Below, piece after piece: positions 42,596-53,669 of a DNA stretch of 64,000 bases. A model generated the notes under the pieces. The model had not been told where the DNA came from. It saw only the letters and a list, made by a program, of their open reading frames with translations, and did not search any database. The DNA is from Eledone cirrhosa (taxonomy: Eukaryota). The stretch is from the NCBI GenBank assembly GCA_964016885.1, contig OZ024745.1:61380001-61444000 (forward strand). The letters run 5' to 3'. The first letter of the stretch is position 1. The number at the start of each line of letters is the position of its first letter. Made by a program: the position numbers and the translations under genes.

Positions 42596-42856
42596 GTTAA
42601 ACCACTGGGAGTGAAGAACCCCTAGCCCTTGTCAGGGCATTCTTCTAGGAGAAGGCATCTCAGGAAACTGGGTTAACTCCGACATAAAACCTGCGGCTCA
42701 GTAGTTACCGATGATGTTGATCTTTTCTTCTTTTCGGGTTATAACTACTGTCGCTCAGAGAGTGGGATTGGCTCAGTGCACAGTCTTTCCTCACTTTAAA
42801 AATATTCGTCACGCACAGGCATTGCACGAGTGCATTAATAATTATTAATAGTGCAC

Positions 42857-42904
<48 letters not shown>

Positions 42905-45900
42905 TTTTTTTTTTTTTTTTCCAAATATAAAAGAGATAATTGGCAATTTAGGTTCTGGAACAAAAAAGATCATTGGCAATAAGGGCAGGGGCCCCAGGTT
43001 ATCACAGCCTGGGCCCGCTCGTCATCGTGCCATTGTAATAGAGCCAAACAAGGCATTTAGTCTTGGCTGCTGGAACGTACGGACGCTGCTTGACAGGGAT
43101 TCCTTGGGGCGTCCTGAACGAAGGACCGCTCTTGTTGCAAAGGAGCTTCGACGTTACGATCTTGACATCGTGGCTTTATCTGAGACGAGGCTAGCTGGAG
43201 ATGGCCATCTTACGGAATTTTGTGGAGAATATACATTCTTCTGGAAAGGAAGAGATGAAGGAACCAGAAGAGAGGCTGGGGTAGGATTTGCTGTTAAGAC
43301 TGTGCTTTTGAACAAATTAGAAGAATTCCCAGTAGGGATTAGTGAGCGTCTTATGTCCATGAGAGTTCCGCTGGACAGGGGAAGATATGCTACCCTGGTG
43401 AGTGTGTATGCTCCAACTATGAGTTCTGTCGATGAGAAAAAGATGTCTTTTGACCATGCCTTGAAAGGTGTTTTAAGAAATATCCCTCAGGCAGACAAAG
43501 TCATCGTGCTTGGTGACTTTAATGCTAGAGTGGGTAGAGATTTTAACACATGGAATGTAATCGGAAGGCATGGGGTGGGAAAGTGTAACAGCAATGGTAT
43601 GCTCCTGCTGCAGATGTGTGAGGAGCTGGATCTGTGTTACCAACACCATGTTCCAACAAAAGAACAAATTCAAGACCACATGGATGCATCCTGCATCTAA
43701 GGAATGGCATCTTTTGGACTACGTCCTAGTCAGGATGCGTGACAGACAGGATGTGCAGTGTGTTCGTGTTCTTCGTGGAGCTGAGTGCTGGACGGACCAC
43801 CGCCTGGTACGCGCAAAAGTGAAACTAATCACTAAACGTAAAATCCGGGCTCCTGGTGTTGCCCTGCCCAAAAGATTGAATGCTGCTCGTCTTAAGGATA
43901 AAAATGTGAAGAGGACATTGGAAGAAGAGATGCAGGCTGCAGATCTTGGTGAGGATTGGCCGACCCTTAAAAAGTCGGTTTATGATGTAGGCAGGCGTGT
44001 TCTGGGATTGGCGCAGAGGAAACATCAGGACTGGTTTGATGAGAATGATGTACATATAGAAGACTTGTTGGCTGATAAGAGGCGTACTCTGTCACGCTAC
44101 TTGACGGCAAAACCACAGGAGAGGAATACGTTGCATGAGGAACTCAGGGATGTAAAATCACGTGTTAGGCGGAGTCTTTCTCAGATGAAGGATCAGTGGT
44201 GGAGTGAGAAGGCTGGTGAGATACAAACTGCGTCTGATTCCAATAACACAAAGCTGTTGCACAGTCTCTTGCGTGAGGTTTATGGACCGTCTTCTTCTCT
44301 GGTGACACCGCTTCGCAGCAAGGATGGCAAAGAACTTCTTCGTGACTCACAAGGAATTCTACGAAGGTGGCGAGAGCACTTTGATGATCTTTTGAATCAG
44401 CCGTCTGTCGTCAGTGAAGATTTCCTCAATCTCATTCCAGAAAGTCCTGTGAAAGTAGCTCTCGCAGAACCTCCGACGCTTGTGGAGGTTGCAGTGGCTA
44501 TTTCGAAGCTGAACAGTGGAAGATCTCCAGGTATGGATGGCATACATGCTGAGCTCCTACAATATGGTGGTGAGAGACTCCTGCAACATCTTCACTCTTT
44601 GTTTGGCAGGATATGGGCTAATGAATCCGTACCTGAGGACTGGAGAGATGCAGTAATGGTGGTCTTGTACAAGGGAAAGGGTAACAGGAACGATTGTGCG
44701 AACTACAGAGGTATATCATTGCTTTCTGTCGTAGGGAAAGTTTTATGTAGGGTGCTTCTGGACCGTCTGCTGACACACATTGCAGATTGTGTTCTTCCTG
44801 AAAGTCAATCTGGTTTTCGTGCTGGACGCGGCACTACTGATATGATCTTCTCAGCTAGACAGCTCCAGGAGAAGTGCATGGAACAAGGCTTGGATCTGTA
44901 TCAGGTTTTTGTCGATCTGACAAAAGCTTTCGATACTGTTAACAGAGATGCATTATGGAAGGTTCTCCAGAAACTTGGTTGCCCTGATAAGTTCCTTGCT
45001 TTAGTTAGGTCTTTCCATGACGACATGAAGGCTTGGGTTAATGTCGGGGGTAACATGTCGGAGCCTATCTCAGTAAAAAATGGAGTGAAGCAGGGGGATA
45101 TTCCAGCACCGACCCTGTTTGCCATATACTTTGCAATGGTTTTCTGTATTGCATTCAGGAATTGCGAGCATGGTGTTTACATCCGATATCGAACCTCAGG
45201 CAGCATATTTAACATCAGGCGCTTTGCTGCGAAGACAAAAGTGTTTACATCAATCATAAGAGACCTCTTGTATGCAGATGATTGCGATCTTGTAACGCAC
45301 ACAGAGAGTGATATGCAGCACATTTTGAATGCATTTTCTGACGCTTGCACTGCCCTAGGTCTGACTGTCAGTCTCAAGAAAACCGTCGTCATGTACCAAC
45401 CTGCCCCAGGTAAGCAGTACACTGAACCAAACATCTATGTGTATGGCAAACGACTTGGAGTGGTTGATCAGTTTGTCTACGTGGGAAGCACTGTCAATCG
45501 ATACAGCAACCTTGACAGTGAAATCTCACTTAGGATTAGGAAAGCAAGTGATGCTTTCGGAAAGCTAGAAAGGCGACTCTGGGATCGGCGAGACATATGC
45601 AGGAGGACAAAGGTAAAGGTGTACAGGGCATGTGTGCTCTCTTGTCTTCTTTATGCCTGCGAGACCTGGGTCACATATCGACACCACCTTAAGCAATTGG
45701 AGCGTTTCCATCAGATGTGTCTCAGACGGATCCATGGCGTTCACTGGAGGAACCACATCAGTGATGTCGAGATTTTGGAAAGCTCTATGTGTGACAGTAT
45801 AGAAGCTCTTGTGCTTAAGCAACGACTCCGTTGGAGTGGTCACCTTGCCAGGATGAAGGATTCTAGAATACCAAAACAACTCTTTTATGGAGAGTTGGTT

Positions 45901-46552
45901 AAAGGAAAACGACCGCCACATAAACCAAAAAAGAGGTATAAGGATTCCTTGAAAGCCTCTCTGAAAGACGCTAACATCTCTGCTGATACATGGGAGAATA
46001 TTGCTGCTGATCGTAATAAATGGAGAAAGACTGTATATGAGGGAAAAGTTGCCTTTGAGGCATCTCGAATCGCATACGAGAAAGTAAAGCGGGATGTGAG
46101 GAAGGCATTGTTGTTGCACTTCCAGACGGCGAGGGTCCTCCTATGGTGCTGACATACGGCGTATGTGCGAGACTCTGCCTAACCAAAGCTGGACTCGAAA
46201 GTCATCTTCGCAGTCATAAAGTAAGACTAGTGGTTGACTACCAGGCTGCTGTTGGAGATGCTACTCATCATGCTTGCCAAACATGTGGTAGAGAATGTAA
46301 ATCAGCAGGAGGGCTCAAGCGACATGCAAAAGTACGCGAACTCCAACCACAGTCGACTATTCCCAGTGAATGTTTTGGTTGCCGACTCTGTGCAAGACAT
46401 TTTAGATCATTGGCTGGGCTAAAAAGCCACATTCGATCGCATCGCTGTTAGTTGCTATCGTGTGTGTGTGTATATATGCTTGTTTGTGCGTGTGTGTGTA
46501 TATATATATATGTATATGTATATTATTATTGTTGTTGTCGTTATTATTATTG

Positions 46553-46613
<61 letters not shown>

Positions 46614-46628
46614 ATGTGTGTGTGCATA

Positions 46629-46659
<31 letters not shown>

Positions 46660-46750
46660 ATGTATATGTATATATATATATATATTTCTTTTTTATTTTT
46701 TTATTTTTATTTCCTTTTTATTTATTTATTATTATTATTATTATTGTTGT
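42596..46750 (+). mobile_element. Near full-length RTE-clade LINE (APE + RT + 3 C2H2 fingers), two frameshifts
   Basis: ORFs 43104-43700 (LSETRL, VYAPT, GDFNARVG), 43570-46152 (DLTKAFD, GVKQG, YADD), 46143-46451 (zinc fingers). Confidence 0.95.
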
Positions 46751-46831
46751 TGTTATTCCTTGAATCTCAGTCATTGATGTTGGTTAACTGGAAAGTCCGT
46801 TGGATTGAATATCAAGCCACTACCTGCAGCC

Positions 46832-49800
46832 TCAGATATTCAGGACGTATCGGAGGGTTCTTGCTGTTCCAAGCAAGCATGCCTTTTGAAGCGTTCCAAA
46901 AAGCGTGAAGGGGCCGATTTTCTTTAACCATCCCTGGAAACTTTTGGAGATAGTCCCCAGTGCGCCTATGACAATCGGGATCACTTTGACTTCATGGCAG
47001 TTCCAAATCCTTTTCACCTCCCACTTTAGGTCCTGGTATCGGTTAATTTTCTCCCTCTCCTTCTCTTGCACTCTCGTGTCGAACGGGCAGGCCACATCCA
47101 CAATCAGGCACGATCTTTTTTCTTTGTCCACAACCACCAGGTCAGGTCTATTGTGTTCCAGTTTTTTGTCCGTCTGTATCCTAAAATCCCACAGCACCTT
47201 CACCTGATTGTTCTCCATCACCGCCTCTGGCCTATGCTCATACCATTTCTCAGAATGTGGTAAATTGTTTACTTTGCACAGGTGCCAGTGGATCACCCTG
47301 CCCATCACATCGTGTCTCCAGCCCTTATAGTGGGTCTGGGCTAGGTGTTTACACTCGGACACAATGTGAGCCACAGTCTCCTCTCTCTCTCCACAGATCC
47401 TGCACAGTGGGCTAGCCTCCTCCTTGTAGATATGGTGCTTCAACCACTTCGTTTTGAGGGCCTGCTCCTGCGCAGCCATTAGCATTCCTTCTGTAGCCTT
47501 TTTGAGGTCTCCTCTTCTCAACCAGTTCCATGTCTGTGGATCTCTAAATTCAGTTTTCTCAAAGAAGGTACTATGAAGGGATTTTCCCTTAAGGCTGCTC
47601 TTCCTCCTTGATGTTATTTCCTCCTTGGACATCCCCTGGCCTACTGTCCCCTCCTTCAGTACAGTTCTGAGCATTGGCTCCTTACTATAGGTCACGTATT
47701 TGTATAGGTTGTTTTTCTCCATCTGAACACAGTCCTCTATGCTGATAAGACCTCTTCCACCCTCAGATCTCCTTAGGTAGAGTCTATCGACATCACTCCT
47801 CTTGTGGAACATGTTGTAGGTAGTCAATAGCTTCCTAGTCTTCCTATCCATTTCTTTTTGTTCAGCAACATTCCATCTCAGAATTCCCGCACTGTACCTA
47901 ATAATAGACACAGCTCGGGAATTTACTGCGCTTATGGCATTTCTGCTGTTCAGATGTGACTTCAATACGCTCCTTACTCTCCGAATGTATTCAGTTCTTA
48001 ACAATTCCTTCATTTTTTTGTTCTTTATGCCATCAGCCTCCAGAACGCCCAAATACTTGTATCCTTCCTCAGAGTCAATTTCCTTTATCATCTCACCTGT
48101 TGGTATCTGGATCCCGTTACTTCTGCTCAACCTACCCCTCTTCATCACAATGACTCCACATTTACCAATACCAAACTGCATACATATATCACTGCTGAAA
48201 ATACGGACAGTGTCAACAAGCACATCCAACTCCTTCTCACTTTTCCCGAAGAGCTTAAGATCGTCCATGAAGAGGAGGTGATTGATGGTAAGCTCTCCCC
48301 TTCCCAACTTGTATCCTGCTCTCACTTTTCGCAGCATAATGGTCAAGGGCATCAGGGCAAGGACAAACAACAGAGGGGACAGGCTATCTCCCTGGAAGAT
48401 ACCTCTCTTGATCTTCACGCTTCCCAAGGATACTCCAGTTGATGTCAACTCTGTCTCCCAGGACCCCATACTCCTGCCTAGCAACTGTCTGATGTTATCT
48501 GCCACCCTGAAGATCTCCAGGCTTTTGGTGATCCAGGAATGAGGCACCATGTCAAATGCCTTTCTGTAGTCTATCCATCCCATGGCAAGATCAGTGTGTC
48601 TCCTCCTGCAATTCCCCATTACCATCTTATCAACAAGTAACTGGTCCTTTGTACCACGTGACTTCTTTCGGCATCCTTTCTGTTCGTCCGGTAACAAGTT
48701 GTTTGTGTGGAGGTGATGGTAGATTTCCTCAGACACAATGCTCGTCAACAGTTTCCACATTACGGACAGACATGTGATAGGTCTATAGTTGGTAACATCA
48801 TTACCCTTGATTCGGTCTTTCATTATCAGAACTGTGGTACCTTTTGTCAACCACTCTGGCACCTCACCCGACACCAAGCAGTCATTGAACATGGCCGTCA
48901 GCTTCGGGTGGAGGGATGTTAAATGTTTAATCCAATACCCCTGCACACCATCTGGGCCTGGTGATTTCCAGTTGGTTAGTTTTTTGGCCTGCCCCTTAAG
49001 AGTTTCAACTGTGATACTCAAATCAGTTTGTTGTTGTGCCTGCTCACCGATCTCCCTCTGTACTGTCTCAATCCACCCTGCCTGGACATTGTGTCTAACA
49101 TCCTGCTCCCATATTCCTCTCCAGAATGTTTTAGTTTGTTCCGCCCCAGGGATCAAGTCGTTGCCTCTTTCTTTCCCCTCAAGCTGTCCAAACAGCATCT
49201 TCTGGTTGTTGTCGAACATGCGGTTCTGTTTATACTGACTGACTCTGTTCTCGTATCGCCTGATTTTTGCACTCTTTGCTACAATGCGTTGCTTCAATTC
49301 CTCTATGATAATATTTAGCTTTTTACTCCTAGTTTTGTATTTTATTTCCAGTCTATTTTTAGTGCCTATGTTTTTTAGTGTCCCATTCAGTAGTGACTCA
49401 AGCTTTCCTATGTCATTTCTCATTTCCCCGATTTGCCCACTCAGTCGCTTCTTCCACCACGGCTCTGCTCTTTCTTGTCTGTTGTTTCCTCTCGCTTTTA
49501 TACCAAGTAGTTTCCTCACCGTATTTGCTGTTGCTTTGAGGATATTGTTGCACTGGTGAAGGCTCCTCGCCTCAAGGTATGGGATGACTTTGTTTACCTT
49601 AGCTGTTGTTTCTTTTAACTTTTTCCTGTCTACAAATCTTAGGTTCATAGGTCTCCCACTATCATTGTTCAATTCATCTACCACTAAATTTAGGATGTCA
49701 ACCGAATCTTGTCCTAGCCCGTCAGCATTCATCTCCTCAGTGGCCGTATCTCTGTTCCAGGTATTATTTATCTCAGTATTCAGATCATTGTCTGCTTCGG

Positions 49801-50092
49801 GTGGTTCCTCCGTTCTCAGGACCTCTTCACCTTCATTTCCCACTGGCTCGCTTGTCTGGCATACTACACCCGCCATCTCCAAGCCATTCTCTCTGCTCAG
49901 TTCCTCCAGTTCCAGCTCGCTTATCCACCCATTAGTTCTTATTACCCGAGCCTGCCCGGCCAATTTTTGTTCATCTAATTTAAATAAACCAATCTCGTTC
50001 CAGATGTTATGCATCCGTCTCCTGTAGCCCCTCTCCTTGGGGTCACTTTTCAGGTAGCATTGCATAACAGTTCTATTCAATTCTTTCGTCAA
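46832..50092 (-). CDS. Dong/R4-clade RT-REL polyprotein (element ~46757-50360), family C
   Basis: 1086 aa open; WIDYRKAFD, GIFQGDSLSP, FMDDLKL, CRIC..HIVSEC, RHD, RPD..DVACP; 3' end runs into (TAA)n; in-frame upstream ATG 50224 is separated by one stop. Confidence 0.95.
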   Translation of the reverse strand: MTKELNRTVMQCYLKSDPKERGYRRRMHNIWNEIGLFKLDEQKLAGQARVIRTNGWISELELEELSRENGLEMAGVVCQTSEPVGNEGEEVLRTEEPPEADNDLNTEINNTWNRDTATEEMNADGLGQDSVDILNLVVDELNNDSGRPMNLRFVDRKKLKETTAKVNKVIPYLEARSLHQCNNILKATANTVRKLLGIKARGNNRQERAEPWWKKRLSGQIGEMRNDIGKLESLLNGTLKNIGTKNRLEIKYKTRSKKLNIIIEELKQRIVAKSAKIRRYENRVSQYKQNRMFDNNQKMLFGQLEGKERGNDLIPGAEQTKTFWRGIWEQDVRHNVQAGWIETVQREIGEQAQQQTDLSITVETLKGQAKKLTNWKSPGPDGVQGYWIKHLTSLHPKLTAMFNDCLVSGEVPEWLTKGTTVLIMKDRIKGNDVTNYRPITCLSVMWKLLTSIVSEEIYHHLHTNNLLPDEQKGCRKKSRGTKDQLLVDKMVMGNCRRRHTDLAMGWIDYRKAFDMVPHSWITKSLEIFRVADNIRQLLGRSMGSWETELTSTGVSLGSVKIKRGIFQGDSLSPLLFVLALMPLTIMLRKVRAGYKLGRGELTINHLLFMDDLKLFGKSEKELDVLVDTVRIFSSDICMQFGIGKCGVIVMKRGRLSRSNGIQIPTGEMIKEIDSEEGYKYLGVLEADGIKNKKMKELLRTEYIRRVRSVLKSHLNSRNAISAVNSRAVSIIRYSAGILRWNVAEQKEMDRKTRKLLTTYNMFHKRSDVDRLYLRRSEGGRGLISIEDCVQMEKNNLYKYVTYSKEPMLRTVLKEGTVGQGMSKEEITSRRKSSLKGKSLHSTFFEKTEFRDPQTWNWLRRGDLKKATEGMLMAAQEQALKTKWLKHHIYKEEASPLCRICGEREETVAHIVSECKHLAQTHYKGWRHDVMGRVIHWHLCKVNNLPHSEKWYEHRPEAVMENNQVKVLWDFRIQTDKKLEHNRPDLVVVDKEKRSCLIVDVACPFDTRVQEKEREKINRYQDLKWEVKRIWNCHEVKVIPIVIGALGTISKSFQGWLKKIGPFTLFGTLQKACLLGTARTLRYVLNI

Positions 50093-50459
50093 GTTGGTTT
50101 AGGCCCCTTTCCTTCTTCTTCTTCCTCCAACATCAGCAGTATTTGGTTGACAGTCAGGTTCCTGCTGCTGAGCCAGGGGGCACCTGTTGGGTGAGAGTCT
50201 GTCACATGACGTTCTAGTCTCCATTTCACCGTTATTCGAACTGTTTATGTTCGATATTTAAACACTCTTATCGAGGATTGGCGAATGTATGGTTACATAG
50301 CCATCTGTGGATCCGCCATCCAACTTGGCCCTTGTGTGGCATTATCACCACGCTGTATACGAACACACATAAACAAACAAACACACAGGCAGAAAGGGCC
50401 CCAAAAATGAATAAGCATAAGTTTCATTGTAATGTAGTGTTCGAATGTCTGACTTAGTT

Positions 50460-51303
50460 TTTGTTTTTTAAGTTTTACTTTTTCCCCCCTCTTCTCTGTC
50501 CGTCCGCCTGCTTCTCTCTTCATTCTTATTTTCTTTACGTTTTTGGGGTTTCTTTTTTTGTTTTTGTTTTTCTCTGTTTGTTTTTCTCGTTTTTGCTGTT
50601 GTTGCTGTGCTGCTTTGGTTTTGTTGTTTGTTTTTTCTTTTTTCTTTTGAGTCTATCTATATATTTTGATGCCTTCCTCTTTGTTAGTAGTAGGAATTCT
50701 ATAATGTGGAAGTAGCAGCCAGCAGGGAGAAGTGGGAGACTGGCGGCGGTAGCGATACTGAGACAGTGGTGGTGGTGATGTCGATACCGGGGCAGTGGTG
50801 GCGGTGATGTGACCGTATTACTGTAGTGATGGTGCTGTAGCGGTGGCAGCAGTGAAGGAGTCAAGGGGTGGTGGCGGCGGTGATGGGATAGTGGTGGTAA
50901 TGATGGCCGTAGTGAGCGGTGGTGGTGAAGGTGAAAATGCCGTTATCTGGCTGTTGTGTTTAGTGTACACAGATGATGGGGTGGGTGGTGTATCTAGTTT
51001 CTGGTGTTGGTGAGTTTGGCTGTCCTATATAGTGTAGACAGAGGAGAGGAGGGGGGGGGGTTCTTCTTCCATTTATAGCCATTTTCTTTTTGGATATACA
51101 GTGTACAATACAAAGTTGAATATTTGAATATTTGAGCCTTATAACAATATATTTTGGGTCCGAATTTTTTGGGGCTCAAGCCGGGTGCTTTACGTAGCAT
51201 TTGTACTAAGAGTTGTTATTTCACAAATGATTTAAATATGTTAAAAATTCAAAACTTACGGGAGCGATTTCATGGCCTCCGTCACCTCGTGCGTCTTCTT
51301 CCC
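50460..51303 (-). mobile_element. Probable 5' fragment of another Tx1-like element
   Basis: Starts at (TAA)n, shares tgacggaggc with the 5' end at ~51343, then an ATG and Thr/Pro-rich low-complexity sequence. Confidence 0.35.
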
Positions 51304-51510
51304 TTTATTATTATTATTATTATTATTATTGAATGCCATGGTTGACGGAGGCTCGGCTCTGTAAGGTATAGTAATTTTTAACCGTTAAAACAATTGTAAA
51401 TTGTTTAAAACTTGAACCAAATTGTTGATAAAGACACCCTCCTCCTCGTGAGAGGGGTCTTTCTGTCCGTTATTTGGCCCTTCGGGGTTAAATAACCAGT
51501 TATTGGGGTT

Positions 51511-53073
51511 TTGTACCCAAAATTTCATTTTAAACAAAAAACAACATGGCTACGAAAAAGAAATTTCATACGTCACTCCCACTCATTCCGTCTTCTTCTT
51601 CCTCAATCATCACTACAGCAGAGAGAAGATTGTCTCTCCCTCCCTTCTTTAAATGTGTCTCTCTCCCTCCCTTCTCTTTCGCAAGTGACGAAAGAAAAGA
51701 AAAGTCTCGTGCAAAGCGTGCAAGGTTTCTTCACGACGACGACGACAGCGACGAAACAGGTGTGCGGGAAATACGAAAACCCAGTTCATTCGTCTGACGT
51801 CAGGAATAATAGCAGTAGCAGCCATAATAACAACAGCAACAGTGACAATGAAAACAACAGTAGCAGCCGCAACAGCATCACCAGCAGCATAAACAACAAC
51901 AGCATTAGCAACAGCAACACCAACAACAACCACAGCAACAGCGGCGGAGGCAGTAGTCGTAGTACCTGCAGCAACAACAAAAGTACCAGCAGCTCTGACG
52001 ACAACAACAACAGCAGAGAAAAACCAATCTCATTTGCAGGTATTGCGAAAAACTTGGAAACAATCCTCATAACAAATGAGGAATTAGAGGAAGCGAAGAA
52101 GATGGTGACAAAGAACGGACACCGAGCAATCTGCAAGGCAGCGGAAAAATTTTTCGAAACCCAAGAGCACTGTACGGTCACGTACCGTACAGTAAGTACA
52201 AAATCCCGTAGGGTGGAAAGAGCCACAGAGGCCCAAATACAAAAAGCCTTGGAGTCTGTGTGGCAGCGGAAAACGCACATCACCCGAGGCAAAAAATATG
52301 CCACCGTAGACGTACTTTTTGCCACACCCCAGGAGGCAAAGGCCCAATCAGTAGTGACCCTAAGGAGCGAGGAAATGGTGTTGGTGCCCTCCTACTGCGG
52401 GCAAAAAATTGTGAGGGTCAAACTGACCCACGTCCCCCCCGGAATGACCCCTTCTTGGCTGGCCGCGTCTGTCCTCGTCGGAATCGAGGACAAAACAACT
52501 GTACTGCAAGTACAGAAAAAAGTAAGAGAAGATTGGGTCGGCTCCTCCATTGAGATGCTAATCCAAACCAACCAGGAGTGCATCGAAGCTATCCCGGATG
52601 TGATAGACTTCGATAACGGCACTCAACTGCCCATAAGTGTTGAGGGAAAACGCCCGAAATGCTTTCGCTGTGGATCGAAGACTCACCTCAGGGCCTTCTG
52701 CAACGAGAAGACCCTGAGAAAGGAGAAAACCCCCCTCCTTCCGAATCCGGCTCCACGGCTACCAGCAACAGGACAAGCGGCAACCAGGAACGATAGGTCC
52801 GTGGCACCCATACCCACTCCACGGAAATCAAAAACAGCAGCAGCAGTGGAAATATTAACAACAACAACAACAGCAATACCAAATGCAGCTGCAACAGAGA
52901 CTCCAGTGCAAACATCACCAACAACAACAAGTGAAAGAGTGGAGCTGGTACCCCTCCCCGACCTCACAGAATCAGACATGGAGTGTGAGGTGGGAGAGGG
53001 ATGGCAAAAGGTCGCAAGAAGACACAAACGCAGAAGCAGCGCATCGTCGCCTTTGAAAGGAGGAAAGAAATGA
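51511..53073 (+). CDS. Tx1-clade ORF1 (CCHC zinc knuckle); true start may be ATG 51547 with a frameshift
   Basis: CFRCGSKTHLRAFC; lies upstream of APE-RT ORF2. Confidence 0.85.
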   Translation: MYPKFHFKQKTTWLRKRNFIRHSHSFRLLLPQSSLQQREDCLSLPSLNVSLSLPSLSQVTKEKKSLVQSVQGFFTTTTTATKQVCGKYENPVHSSDVRNNSSSSHNNNSNSDNENNSSSRNSITSSINNNSISNSNTNNNHSNSGGGSSRSTCSNNKSTSSSDDNNNSREKPISFAGIAKNLETILITNEELEEAKKMVTKNGHRAICKAAEKFFETQEHCTVTYRTVSTKSRRVERATEAQIQKALESVWQRKTHITRGKKYATVDVLFATPQEAKAQSVVTLRSEEMVLVPSYCGQKIVRVKLTHVPPGMTPSWLAASVLVGIEDKTTVLQVQKKVREDWVGSSIEMLIQTNQECIEAIPDVIDFDNGTQLPISVEGKRPKCFRCGSKTHLRAFCNEKTLRKEKTPLLPNPAPRLPATGQAATRNDRSVAPIPTPRKSKTAAAVEILTTTTTAIPNAAATETPVQTSPTTTSERVELVPLPDLTESDMECEVGEGWQKVARRHKRRSSASSPLKGGKK

Positions 53074-53669
53074 GAAAAGGGTAAAGTCTACTGCAAAGAG
53101 ACCCACAGCAGCAACACCACCAACACCATCACCACCCACACCAGCACCACCATCACCACCACCGGCGACAACCCCACCGCCAACAATACCTTCAACACCA
53201 CCACCACAAGCACCAACATCGCAAACACAACAACAAAACACACACACCCAGCAACAACGACAAGAAAATAGCAGAACCACACCCCACCCCCAGAAAAACA
53301 AATGCACGGCAATAAACACACACAACAAGAAACTAATGACTTACATAATTGAACACACAGACATTTCACAACAGGACTACATAATACCAGCACCAATCAA
53401 AACGCCAACTAACATAAGACTGCTAAAAATAGCACAGAAACAATACACAAACATTAAAACGAAATTCCCCAACGCAGTTGGTGATTTCAGGGACCTAGGA
53501 GGAACCATCAATCGAAGAGTATATTCTTAGAAGAGCCGACGACCAGCCGAAGGGACGATTCAATGGTCCCTTCACCAGACGATCAAGTGAAAAGGGATGT
53601 AAAAACCATCCCTCCTCTACCAAAAGTACGGTAAGTGGTCTTTCCCATCTTTTCCACTCTATTTTAAAC

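Noticed and set aside
50275-50353. Pistol ribozyme assignment from the CGTGG/CCAC hairpin
   Set aside because: Pistol pseudoknot, AAA linker and cleavage-site context not found; kept only as an unclassified motif
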